Source of the DNA: the human T2T-CHM13v2.0 reference genome, Homo sapiens | Assembly (NCBI RefSeq): GCF_009914755.1 | Contig: NC_060933.1 | Reading direction: 5' to 3' (one strand) | Length of the DNA: 64,000 nucleotides | Shown: one piece after another, positions 1 through 13,603 of the stretch | Layout of the letters: every line of letters starts with the position of its first letter | How positions within the stretch are numbered: the first letter of the stretch is position 1 | The notes under the pieces: generated by a model | The model's input: only the letters and a program-made list of their open reading frames with translations | Told to the model about the DNA's origin: nothing | Databases searched by the model: none | Program-made: the position numbers and the translations under genes

Positions 1-684
<684 letters not shown>

Positions 685-953
685 TCACTAAAAAGATTAT
701 GAGACAATACATAGAATATTAACCTCAGAGATGGACTGATTAGCCTCTTCATTTTGTATTTCAGAAAGTGAAACCCAAGTGGAGATGTGCTCTGCTCTAA
801 GAAATATCATTAAGATATTTATTTCCTTAACCAATGGAGCAACAGTTTTGTTTCACATGCTGGGAAGATTCATCACATGCTGATATAACTCAGCTAATCT
901 ACAATGTATGAAAACAATAGTTTCTAAAGTTTTTAGATAAATAATTATTCAAC

Positions 954-1047
954 AACATGTGTGCTGTGTTATACATATAAAACATGTGTGTTGTGTTGTA
1001 TATATAAAACATGTGTGTTGTGTTGTATATATAAAACATGTGTGTTG
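954..1047. repeat. 27-bp minisatellite, ~3.5 copies (aacatgtgtgttgtgttgtatatataa)
   Basis: Units start at 954, 981, 1008 and 1035. Confidence 0.95.
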
Positions 1048-4000
1048 AAGGTAGGCCCAGGAACCACATCATTGTGTACTCATTGTGTTCCTCAGGAAAA
1101 ATGCATCCAGAGATCTTAACGACCAACACACACTCTCAGAACACCACCCATCCATAAGTTGGAAACTGTGTGAACTATTCCACTTGCTTTTAATATATTT
1201 ACAATTATCTTAATTTTAAAATAGTACTTTAATGTAGGGACATTGGCAGACATCTTTAATTCCCCTTTATGTGTATAGAGCATTTACATGATTTGTCCAA
1301 ATGTCAGTGATGGTGTCAAGGATTAAACACCTGAGTCTCTGCTGAGAAAAATCCATGGTGAAATAGAGCTTTCAACAGAGAATACAGCCTTCAATATATG
1401 AAACTCCGTTGAAACGAGTGGGTGGAAACACAACTATTAATTCTCAATATTCTCCAGAGGCAACAGATTAAACATATTTATTAAAATTTTTTGAAATTCT
1501 AGTTCCAACGAACTGCATAATAATATATACACCGTGTATCCTGTTTCCGTGAGATGCACGTAAAGCTAGGATAAATAAAAATAATTTTTTGATCTAAACC
1601 ACAAATAGAGACTGCATTCTAATATTTGTCATTTATGAGCATGTTCTTAGTAACTGATGTTTCACTTTATAATATTGCTATGGTACACATTTGGATAAAT
1701 CTAATGGGCTGGCAAAGTCTAGGAAAAAACCCACTGACTTTGTAGATGTATACATTTACTCTTCTGTGGGAGTTAAAGCTTAGGATGGAGTAATCTCTTT
1801 TGTTTTTGATGTTGGCATGACCTTTCTTATCCTGGGACAGAAAGGCTTGTTGGCTAGGAATCACGAGATCAAAGTAATGATATAGAAATAAGAGCATTAG
1901 CTCTGACCTACTGGCTTCCCCTGCTGTACAGGAGGATCTCAGTCTGCTCTCTATTGCCAAACCCACAACAGTCATTCCTTCCCTGGGCAGAAGTTTTACT
2001 AAGCCTGAAAACTATGAGACAACCAGCCTGGAAGTGCCACAAAGCATAAAGGAAGGACTCAGTAAAGAAATGAATGCTTATGCAGCTTGGGGAAGAACAC
2101 CCAATATCACCTCAGGAGAGGCTGGCCACATGAAGGGTCACACGAAGCGATGCCTAAAATTTCCATAAGCATGTGAATAATAGAAACAGTAAATGCAGTT
2201 TAAACAGGCTGGAGTAAGGGTTTGGGACAGTTGTGGTATTTTATCCAGGGAATCAGGATAGGATAAAAAAGGGAAAAGGAATGAGGAGAGTTCTACATCA
2301 TTGAATACATAGTTAAAAAGAATTCTCCCAAACTCCACAGATTGGCAATGGAACTCACTGCATTCCTGGCTTCCAGAAACACTATAGGTATCAAACATTT
2401 ACCAACAATTCACTTTGTGCAAATACTTGTACACTGGCACACAGGTAGTTGAGTGAGGAAATAAAGACGGATGCAGCAGGGTCCATGTTCTCTAATACAG
2501 GCATATTCTAGTTGGGAAAATAATCAGGTGGAATAGATTGTGCAATCTGTGGAGTCAGGTTTCTAATGCCTTAGGGTTATTCTGTAGACTACTTTTATAA
2601 GTCATGCCAGCTGTTGGTTCAATGGTTCTGCTCACTCCAGCACTGGAGCTTGAGGGTTGGTAAGATGAAAGGGTCTTAAATAATTACTCAGGGGAGTTGG
2701 AAGGTCATTTTTCAGCAGGGTCTTAATGAACACATTGGAAGAAGCAGAGAAGGTCCAGTTACAAAGTAAATAACTCTAAAACTTACGTCATGACATATAA
2801 ACTCTTCTCCCTTTTACATTTTCTTATTCTCTTACATTCTTTTAAAAATTTCCTAGGACTTCAGAATTGGTACGTATGTGTGGTTGCCCTTTACTTTTTA
2901 GCAATTGGAATCATTGGAGATCAACCGAGGTACTCAGTCCCAGTGGCTCTAAATTTAGCCCCAATTTAAACTAGTACCAACGCAACAACAATCACAATTG
3001 ACTAGACTTGGGCTAATATTTCCAAATTCTCCCTGTCACAGTCATCTTTTGATTATCCTTAAACATAGCTGTTCAATATAGTACTGAAATTCATGTAAAA
3101 ATATACAGAAAATGTCAAACCAATGAATTTTCTGTTTGCCTTTAACCTCAAGAACTCAGACAGTAAACTAATTATTACAATACAGAATAATGGGAGGATT
3201 AACAAAGAAAATACAAATATTTCATAAGCATTGAAACATAAGAGCCAACATTTTCTTCAGAAGCATCCTTGAGGTTATATGAATCTTACGTAGATTACTT
3301 AAATTATGATCAGTACTCGTTTCCAAGATATGATTCTTTACAGGTTGTAGAAACAAGGTATAATAAACAAATATCCCACAATCAGGAAGTTTACTATTAA
3401 AATAAAATTTCACAAGAATTCCTGAATTCTTTGTGGGAGCTGTAACTAAATACCTTTACAATTATGGTTATTAGGAGCTCACATCTGTGAGATAAACTCA
3501 GTAATTCTTCACAGTCACATAAATATACGAGGATTTTTAATACAGTAGACAAAACAAATTGATATATTCACTAATTGCCTAGGGATAAACCATGAGTAGC
3601 GGCTGCTTATGCAAAGGAAAACTAGAGCTTCGCTCTTAAAGGAATTAAATTTGGATTCTTCTGCCTTCTTCCCAGATGCAGTGGGGAGGTCTTACAAAAG
3701 TAAACGTGTAGGCATCTAAATTACAAGCATTTTCTATCTCAATACCGAAGCCTCTATTGATTAAGAAGGATCTAAAATTGTGAATGAAAATTCCAAAGGA
3801 ATTCTATATGTGAATAAGTTCCAAAATTCTAAAATGTCTACTGCATGGTAAATAAAAAGGGATGAGCTAGCCTTAGTGACGTTAAAATAGACAAAATCAT
3901 TCCTTTCTCTAAAATTCATATTCCTCGGCTATAAATCCACTACTTTCTTGTCATCATAACATGACCCCATTTAATGGGCAACAGGGGAGTGGTGCTTCAT

Positions 4001-5059
4001 ATAAAACATTTCAGAGTTATTATGACATATTTATAAGTGTAGGTAAATAAAATGTATTTTCTTCCATTTGAGATTCAATTCTTTGTTGTTGACGTTCTAA
4101 CAGAGACTGGATCCACAGCCAGATAGTCATCATGCCATCATGCCCCTCACTGAATACATGCCTGCTCTTCAGGGCATTAAATTAGCTTGATACAATGGTA
4201 TTTAAAAAAAAAAAAAAAAAAAAGCCCAGAAGACTCAGCCTTGAAGGAGTTTTGCCATCTGTAATCCTGCTGTTTGAGGCAATTCCAGGTGGCAGGATGC
4301 GAGCGAGGCAAATCTTATGACATTTAGACAAAGCTGGCAGTGAGCATGGCACGCAGGAGGGCACTCAACATCACAGCTGTTCTTTACTTTATGCCTTTAC
4401 ATAGAGGTATGTTCCTAAAAAGATATTTGAGAAGTGATTCGGGCAGAGTAAATCAAATCATGGTTTACATGTTCACGGGAGATTGCCATATATGAGGATT
4501 GAGGAGAATCCTTCTGCAATTATCTCTTAATTTACTCATTCTACAATGCCAGATTTTCCTTCATGCTGGCTTTTCCTACTGTGGCTGACCAAAGTCATCC
4601 TAAAAAGCATTGAAGAAACCTTATTCTTTAGAGGGGAGTAATTTTATACTATTTAGCCTTCTTGCTTTTCTTCTTTTTCTTTTTTGTTTTCTATCTTTTG
4701 TTCAGTTTGGCTTCTTTAGAATCCCCACAGCAGGGGGTGGGGAAGACAAAATGACAAAAGGTAGAACTGTAAGTCATGAACCCAGTTCAAGATGGCAGCT
4801 CTTCTAAGGGGATTTGTTTTCCAGGGAAGTTGACATTGTTGCTTGACTTCCCTGCCCAGATCCCTTCCCTCCAGATCTTCATGGGACTTGATCCTTCACG
4901 TCATTTGAGTCTCGACTTAAATAATCCTTCCTCTACCAGAACTTCTCAGCCCCTAGAGGCTGCCTGATCCTTAATTGCCTATACGCTTTTACTTTTCACC
5001 TTACCACTTTCTGACATTTTATTATATACTCGTTTTGTCACTTGTTAATTATCTAGTCC

Positions 5060-5203
5060 TATTCAGAAAGTGAATTTCATGAGTGTAGATTCTTGTTCTG
5101 TTTTGTTGATTGCTTCATCCCCAGTGCTGGTAACAGTGCCTGACACACAGAAGGTGCTCAAAAAAAAAAAAAAAAAAAATACTTATTGAATGACTGATTG
5201 AAT
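5060..5203 (+). mobile_element. L2 3'-end fragment with internal A-run
   Basis: ccccagtgctgg..cagtgcctgacacacagaaggtgctca..ttgaatgactgattgaat. Confidence 0.6.
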
Positions 5204-5406
5204 AGTTTGGACAAATTATGCACTTGGACTATTTTTTTCCCTGATCTATTTTTTTTTTTTTACCCCTGAACTAAAAACACAAAAGTTGACCATAGTCCAT
5301 TTATTTCCTCTGATTTTACTATAATAAAAGCCTGCTAGAAGCTACCTATACCATTTAAAAAGTTAGTATTACTGTTCAAGGCACATACATGCACAGACAT
5401 GATTAC

Positions 5407-5524
5407 CTGCCCCAGTGGTGGACACCAGTTTGGGCTTGCTGCGAGCACCATCTCCTTTGGTTGTGTAGGCTGTGACGGTGAGGGAGTAGGAAGTTTCAGG
5501 CTGGAGCCCAGAAATGATCATGTC
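5407..5524 (-). CDS. PTPRD: PTPRD exon, 118 nt, end of FNIII-5 ([39 protein letters not shown]), phase 0-1
   Basis: tttcag|GACATG acceptor; GCAG|gtaatc donor. Confidence 0.97.
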
Positions 5525-5734
5525 CTGAAATGACAAAATAGAATGTCACTGATTCAAAACATGCTACTAATGCTCTGGGGGAAAAACAAGGCCGTCTGCC
5601 TTCATTCTGCAAATGCTCGCACATCCCTTGCAGCCATGCTAAGCCCTGGAAATTTCATGCCTGAGCTCATGCTATGGAGATCTGTTTTCATGCTGATATC
5701 GAAGGGGCATCTTCAGGCATCTTGGGAGGTAGAT

Positions 5735-5970
5735 CTTAGGGTATTAGTCAAAGACATGAAATCTGGAGCCAGACTTCCTGAATTCTTAAACTTAAACTTG
5801 CATGTCCTTACTAGCTTGGACAGACCAAGTATGTTTACCTATCTGTGCCTCCATTTCCCATCTGAATGTTGGAATTATAATAGGACCCCATAGGATTATA
5901 TGAGTTATATCAGGTAAACTCACAGAACTATGCCTGGCTTATAGGAAGCATTCCATTAAAGAGTGATTAT
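5735..5970 (+). mobile_element. MIR
   Basis: tctggagccagac..cttactagct..tctgtgcctccatttcccatctg core. Confidence 0.65.
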
Positions 5971-6494
5971 TTTATGCCAACAGCTCTCCACACATATCCA
6001 CTGTAACCCACAGACTACAGATGGGGCTGATGCCAGCATAGTCTGTTTTATCACTATAGACGAATTTTGCCAAATGGTTGTTGTTGGACCTAGATACCCT
6101 GAGAGAGAATTTTCTTAGGACTCTCTTATTAATGGATTGTATTATCATTTTTATTGGTTATTTGTATAGGCTATGAGCAGAAATCATTATCCACTGAGGA
6201 GAATTTTCACACACATTAAAAAGCAGCCATAAAAGCAAAGAATACAACAGGACTTTAGTTTTACCACATCACTAGTATGTGCTCAATTTATTTTGACTTT
6301 CTAAAAATTGTTAAATATCACATACTATTTACCTAAATTCTTAGTTTTCTCTTAGTCAGGGCCCAAAGCTGTGGTGGTTATAAGACCAGATGCTCTTTGA
6401 TATATTCCTTTAAACTGCAGGTTATGGGATTCTTTAGAGATTCTGGCTATTAGCTTATTCTAGTATTTTAAGAACAAATACCAGAGCTGCATGT

Positions 6495-6551
6495 ACACAT
6501 GCGCGCGTACACAGACACATGCGCACACACACAGACACACACAGACACACA

Positions 6552-6587
<36 letters not shown>
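6495..6587. repeat. Compound (CA)n/(CACAGA)n microsatellite
   Basis: Seen directly. Confidence 0.95.
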
Positions 6588-6588
<1 letters not shown>

Positions 6589-8042
6589 CAATATAAAAAC
6601 CCTTTCAGATTTTTGGCACAGCTGTGTTTTCAAATTGAATATGGATAAATTTAGGAAAATGCACAATGTCATTGTCTTCCAAATCTAAAGACAATGTGAG
6701 TGACGAGTACGAATTATATTGTGTGAAATACAGTAGGTTTTTTTTTAGCAAGGCTGTAACAGATACCGTAGAGCTCAATTGTTGAAGCTGATCCCAAATA
6801 TGACAGTTTCTGGGAACATGCTTTCTCAAAAGAGTAGGAATATCTCACTGTGGAAATTCAAGAAGTTCAGATATCATCCTGAAGAGTCACTGGAAATTTT
6901 ATTCTGCCAGATAAATGGACTATTTGGGAGAAATGTTGTATTTCCAGGACCTTGGAATGGTTTCCCTAACATTCCAGAGGATAGAAAAACCAAGTAAACT
7001 ACCCAAGAGCAGTATTTTAAATGACAGCAGACACACTGGCTATCCCAAAAACTATCATGAGTAAATGCCAACATTATGGTTTCCAAGGTTCCCCTCACAT
7101 GCCACTGGAGTACTGCTGAAAAGCAGTCATGGCTAACTGGAAAAAGCAGCAAGGCTTGCTTCCATCACCAAATTTTGTAGCAAGAAATTATGCACTCTGA
7201 GACTTATATGTTTCTTATCATGAAATTGGAGTTAACCACACATATCCATTATCTTGCCCAGGTTGTTAGAGGATAACAGACATAACGCAATTTGAAATGC
7301 GTCAAGTTCCCTGCAGTGGTATAATCTCGGCTGGACACACCTCCAACTGCCACGGTCATATCCTTTCTTGGATTACATTTTCTTTCTTTAAGTGGTGGGT
7401 GCACTTCCTTCCTTGGTTGTTTCAGTATGCTCTGTGAGGTGATGTGCCTGATATTATGGCCATAATTCCTCATTCTCTTTGTTTCCTCCTGTCCTGTCTC
7501 CACTTTGCTTCTTGTCCCTGACTGTTAAAAGTTGGCATACCTGAGGTTCTGTCACAGTCACTGGTCTACTGTTTCTCTAATCTTAAAAAAGAAACTGCAT
7601 TCATTTCTAAACCTTAAATAATTATTTCTGCCCATATTCCTGATTTATTTCCAGCTGTGACTTCCAATCTGAGCTCCAGTGGCATATACATTGTAAATAT
7701 CTGCTAGATGTTTTCCTGTGACTACCCAGTGTTACTTCAAGTTCAAATGAACTAAAACTTAAAAATCATTCCTGGAAGTAGACTCCCCCTCCTTACTTCC
7801 ATATTTTAATGAACGGTAACACATCTGCAAAACTTATGAGCTATCTTTGACCTCTTTCTCTTCCTCAGTTCTTAGCAAGTTTTTGCCAATTCTTCCTTTT
7901 ATTGATCCTAACTATCACTTTTTCATTTCTACTGCCTCAACTCTGTTGCATTTTTATCACTTCATGACTAAATTAGCAAAATAACTCTTTTTACCTGCTT
8001 TCCTATCTGCCACCTTTTTACTCTCTAATCTATCCACTAAGT

Positions 8043-8320
8043 CACTGGATTTTAAACTGCAGGTAATGACCCATTTAGTAGGTTGTGAAATCAATTTAGT
8101 CAGTCATGACCAGAATTTAAACAAAGAAACAAACAAACAGAAAATGAAGTGGAATAAACTTGAATACTTAATGTTAGTGTTTATTATACATTTAAAGCAT
8201 GGTTCTATAAAAATTTTATTTTAGTTAAACAGAGGTGTGCATTGAATCATGACATACAATAATGTATTTCTTACTGTGAGTTATAGTCAAAGAAGTTTAC
8301 GGTCAAAAATGCTGCTGCAC
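8043..8320. mobile_element. hAT-Charlie-like DNA transposon fossil
   Basis: gacccatttagtaggttgtgaaatcaatttagt..gaccag resembles Charlie/MER termini; subfamily not resolved. Confidence 0.45.
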
Positions 8321-8717
8321 TGGCAATCCCATGAGAACTGATACCTTGCACACAGTTACAAGATTCCCAACAAGAGCCATGTGCATTGGCAGTAAATATT
8401 CATTCAGTGAATGGAAGAATACCGTCTTGCCAGCCTTTAACTCATTTTTCTTTTTATTTCTTCTATATCACTCTAATATTGAAGAGTTAAAGACTGACCG
8501 GCCAGCTTTTTAGCTTGACTCTTCTGGTTTTCCCAGTATTATATTATAGTTTACCTCTTAGCTCTATTTACCACTGAGTTACTTAACACGAAGCCTTCAT
8601 TTATATCAAATTGTCAGGCTCACTGTCACGTGACTATACCACATGCTCAACTGTCTCAATGACTGGTTTTGCTGTGATCAACTTTAAAAAATATGTATGT
8701 TCCACCTCCAACTCTCC

Positions 8718-8718
<1 letters not shown>

Positions 8719-8769
<51 letters not shown>

Positions 8770-8773
8770 CACA
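8719..8773. repeat. (CA)n microsatellite
   Basis: Seen directly. Confidence 0.95.
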
Positions 8774-9318
8774 CTTTTTCACTTATTCAGTCTTTAGTCA
8801 TCCCTTAAATTCTCAACTAAGCTTCAGGACTTCTTTTACTATCTTGGACCACTGTCTCTGAATTCATAGCTTTTATTGACACTGTCCACTAATTTACTAA
8901 TGCATGGTCCACTGCTGTAGGCCATATATTTTGCTGCGTTCTATGAAACTTTTCAGAACTTTACTCTTCCCTAGCCACTTAGAATGTAAACACTAGAAAG
9001 GCAGGTGTCACATCATGTGTCCCTTGCAGTGGCATATACATAACAGTCCCTCAATAAATAACATAGAGTTTTCATTCAAATATTTTAAAAACATTCCTCC
9101 CTCAGCGACATACTTTCTACTTCTTGGCATAATCCATTCACCATTCAAATATGTATGGGTAAAGTGAAGAACAGCCACTTCTAGTTAGAGTTAATCAGTG
9201 CCAGATCTATATCTTGTTATCTACTGGATATGCGATCCTGGAGTCAGATTTATGAGCATTATGAGCAGCCTACACCAAACAATCTGACATCTCCAGTCTG
9301 CAATGCCTTCATTTAAAG

Positions 9319-9495
9319 CAGGCTTATCCAACATGCAGCCCAACACAAACTTGTAAACTTTCTTAAAACATTATGAGATTTTTTTCTGTTTTAGCTCATC
9401 AGCTGTAGTTAATGTTAGTGTATTTTATGTGTGGTCCAAGACCATTCTTCTTCCAATGTGGCCCAGAGAAGCCAAAAGATTAGACAACACCCCTG
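9319..9495 (-). mobile_element. MER30 (hAT-Charlie MITE), internally deleted
   Basis: Reverse complement reads CAGGGGTGT..AATCTTTTGGCTTCTCTGGGCCACATTGGAAGAAGAA..GCTGATGAGCTAAAA..CTCATAATGTTTTAAGAAAGTTTAC. Confidence 0.85.
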
Positions 9496-9784
9496 TGTTT
9501 TAAAGCATGCCTCCTCTGACTGTCACAAGGCAGAGTTAGTAGCAGCCATCAAAACAAATATCACAAGCCCATGACATTTCTTACGCAGTCAATAGCACCA
9601 TGCTGATTTCACAAAACAAAAACCAAAATAAAAAGTGCACCACACAGTGAAGATAACTTAAAAATAATTTGTTAGTTCATGCATCCAAGCAAACTGTGAT
9701 GACAGATCACAAATAAGTGAAAGGATGTCAGAGAAAACAAGCATATATAGTCTGCTTTTGACAAAACAGTCAAAAATTACTCAC

Positions 9785-9811
9785 ATGTTCAGTAGTATCA
9801 TCAAATTCCCA
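9785..9811 (-). CDS. PTPRD: PTPRD microexon meC, 27 nt (WEFDDTTEH) within FNIII-5, phase 0-0
   Basis: aatcag|TGGGAATTTGATGATACTACTGAACAT|gtgagt with a long upstream pyrimidine tract. Confidence 0.97.
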
Positions 9812-10768
9812 CTGATTGAGAATAAGAAGGTTGGGAGGAAAACAAAATAAAAAGAAAAAGAATTTAAAGCCTTATACAGGCAGTGTTGCCCTTGTTAGAT
9901 TAAAAAAATCAAAAAAATAAAGCAGTGTGTACAATAAAATTCCAAAGAATGTGTGATTTGCTGCCACCTCCACCTCTGATTGGGAAGTCAAATTAAATAT
10001 CCTTTGTTACTGTTATCACTAAAACCAGCTAACATTCTTTAAATGTATGGTTCACTGAAACATAGCAATGAGGCACAGAAAAAGTTAATGTTTCTAATCA
10101 TATCCTACTCGTATTTATTTTGACTTCTATCTTAAGTTACACAATTAAAAGTCACTATTTAGATTAATATCTTTCATTATATTTGACACTTATAACTTCA
10201 ATGAAGTCCTGTGAGATGTAATGAAATTTCAGTGAAGAGTCAAGGAAAGTAAATGAGATGGGAAAGAAAGAAAATACACAAGGAAAAACAGCAATTAATA
10301 AAGAAAAGCCAAAGAAGAAGAGAAAAAAAGACAGAGTTCACATTTAATGCATTTGGTATTATATAATTTCGTTAACTACCATATTTTGCAATGGAACTAG
10401 GGAGAGAATTACAGTTCTGTAATGTAAAATATCTAAGAACCAAAGGAGAACACCAAAGCACACTGGTCATATTGTTTTCTTTTCCATAATTGTAGACTTA
10501 CAAGATAAAACGTAGCAATGATGGCTTTAATTTTATACTACGATAACTTTCTTTTTATAGGCACTACATAATAATTATTTATACAAATCAAGTCAATGGC
10601 CCCTTTCCAGTGTTGAAGGGGTATTACGAAGCACTACTGCATTTACAGAAGTGGCCTCGGGGTAGATAAGTGAGCAATGAATCCAGATCCCTTTACTTAG
10701 AATGTTTCAAAACTGAAGAAAACATAAAGACTTCTGAGAGTTGACTTGTATTAAGACTTTGGGGGTAA

Positions 10769-11070
<302 letters not shown>

Positions 11071-12189
11071 TACAGACGAGAACGTAGAACTGGGCAACCT
11101 GGTGCCGCAGTTTTCAACTTGCTTCATAACCTTTCCAACTTTCACACAAAGAAACGCATTTTCATTTGAAATAAATTTCAAATGTTTTTACAAACTCCAT
11201 CCTTTTCCCTGCCAAGTCACCAATTTCTTGGATAATGAAAGTATTCCAATGATCATAATATCCTATCCCCATGACATCTCATCACCATTTGACACAGCAA
11301 AGGTAAGCCAGTACATGAGTCATGTACAATTTTCAGCATGGTGGTTACAAGATGAAATCTTCATCTTCCTTTCAGGAAAATATGTAAAACTCAAGCGAAT
11401 TTATTATGGGACTATCTTTGAATCACCTCTAATTTATGAAAAATTTTGGAAATTTTCAATGCTCTGTTTTAAACAACTAATTATAAAACCGGGTTGTGAT
11501 ACCATAGTTGCAAACCACTGCCCTAAGATCAATACAATTTCTCACATACTCAACTACTCATTTTTAGTACCTTTTTTTTAAACCTTGGTTCAACGTAAGG
11601 ATCCCACTTATTTGCTAGGAAATTCTGATTTAATTTTTAATATCATTGTAACGATCTTCATTTGCTGGGACATGAAACAATGAGTTTCATCAAATATGTA
11701 ATTTGATGAAGAAGTACTAAATATAATACTGAGTACCTGTCCCTGAATAAAAATGTCTATTCTTCAGTGGAAGAAGACACACATTTAGAAATTAGAACAA
11801 CTAAGTTGCAAGTTGTTTTAGCACGGAAGAAAGTAGACTCCATCAGCAAAATTGCAGTTTAGAAATCTTCCCTTTGACTCAACTAAGTCAATCATTTTTT
11901 GAAGTCAGAAAGGCAAACTCAAATATGGTTGTAAAGGGTTGAATATCTGTATTTTAAGGAAAAAGTAACATGTTTTTAATCAGACTTGAGTGTCATTTCA
12001 TTACAATTCCCTTCCTCACTTGATAGTAACTCTGATTGAAAAGATCAATATACATCAATGTGAAATGAAAACTAGAATTTTGTATAGGATTTTTTAAATG
12101 TCGAAAAACTAAAATAAGAGCAATTTCAGGATATGAACTAAGATAAACTTATTATATAAAAACAGAGGTACATAATTTCAGAGGCTTAC

Positions 12190-12383
12190 CTGTGCATCAG
12201 CCAGCATGACATCTTTCAGCATGGGCTGGCCCTTGGGCTCACCATTTTCCATCCTCACATAATGCACCTGATATCCTCTTATCTGGCCATGCTGTTTATT
12301 GGGCACGGGTGAGCGCCATGAGACTTTAACAGATGTTGAGTTGACAGCCTCTACCTCGACTTTGCGAGGAGGACCACTAGGAA
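12190..12383 (-). CDS. PTPRD: PTPRD exon, 194 nt, first part of FNIII-5 ([14 protein letters not shown]...VMLADAQ), phase 1-0
   Basis: ttccag|TTCCTAGT acceptor; GCACAG|gtaagc donor; translated by hand. Confidence 0.97.
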
Positions 12384-13101
12384 CTGGAACAACATCATTG
12401 GATAAAAGAAATTATAGGCACTTGTCCCACCCTATCAGAGCATTTTCTGCATTTTCTTTACTTAGGTTTCTCTTTCAAAAAATGGGTAAACCCACTATGT
12501 TTTCTTTGAAGAATACAAACATTTTCAACCAATGAAAATGCTTAACCAATCTGCTCTACCTTTTAAGAAAAGATCAAAAAACATGACCGATGCAAAAAAA
12601 AAAAAAAAAAATGGAAGAAAAAAAGAGTATCAGAGAAATAGAAAAACATGTAAAAAATGTACAAAAGCCAAGGAAGATGCTTTGAGGTTCAAAGCATTAA
12701 AGCACAAAGAGGTATAGCATTGAAATAATAACAAAAACTGGCTGTTGATTGTTGTGTGTTTTTTAAAGGTTTCTTTTTAAACGGCAGAATAAAAAGATTC
12801 TTGATTATATGTATTATCTTCTCTTTTTTTCTCATATCAAAGTTATTCCATACAAAAGATGCCAAAAATTCAATGTTGAGCATCAATGTCTCTGAAATAT
12901 GTAAGACAAAAAGGCAACAAAAAGGTAAGAAGGTAGTTTTGAAAAGTTAACTTCAAAATGTAAAAGAAGTGACTACAAAAAGCCAAGAAAAACACAGAAG
13001 ACTTTAGATGGAGGCACAGAGACGGGCTGGACTGCAAGACCATAGGAGCCAACAGTTCTTTTAAAGAGAAGCAAATTACTGCATTGAGATTGAAAAAAAT
13101 G

Positions 13102-13137
<36 letters not shown>

Positions 13138-13297
13138 CAGGCTGTAGCAAAGACAAGTCTTTGGCAAAAATACTAAAGTAACAGCAATGCTGGGTAAAAA
13201 GATGAGCAGAGAAAAAAGATTACTGTGAGCCTATTGAAAGACAGCAGATCAAGACTGTGTCAGAAGGGTGCAAACTGACGTAGCGGAGGCAACATAC

Positions 13298-13603
13298 CAT
13301 CTTCATTGGTTCGAATCAACACGGACAAGCTCTCAGGGCCAGGGCCGACATCTGTATGGGCTGTCACAGTGATCCGGTATTCAGTCCATTTTTCCAGCTG
13401 TTCCAAAAGGTATTTGGTAGTGTCCGAAGGAATTCCCAAAATCTCGTGAGGCTTGTCATCTTCCCCATCCACTGCAGTGTACTTGATGGAGTATTCAGTG
13501 ATAATGCCATTCTGTTTTTCCACTGGTGGAGGTTGCCAACTTACCAAAATACTAGTGGAACTTGGGCTGGTGCAACTAATGTCTTGAGGAGGAGCTGACG
13601 GCT
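13298..13603 (-). CDS. PTPRD: PTPRD exon, 306 nt, FNIII-4 ([13 protein letters not shown]...IRTNED), phase 1-1; first exon of the FNIII 4-7 block skipped in short isoforms
   Basis: aaataag|AGCCGTCA acceptor; GATG|gtatgt donor; overlaps ORF 13260..13547. Confidence 0.96.

Noticed and set aside
954-1047. Possible CRISPR-like array
   Set aside because: Units are contiguous with no unique spacers, and the context is eukaryotic
11071-11120. CpG-containing sequence abutting the truncated AluSc
   Set aside because: No recognisable element or TSD; most simply a truncation or deletion junction
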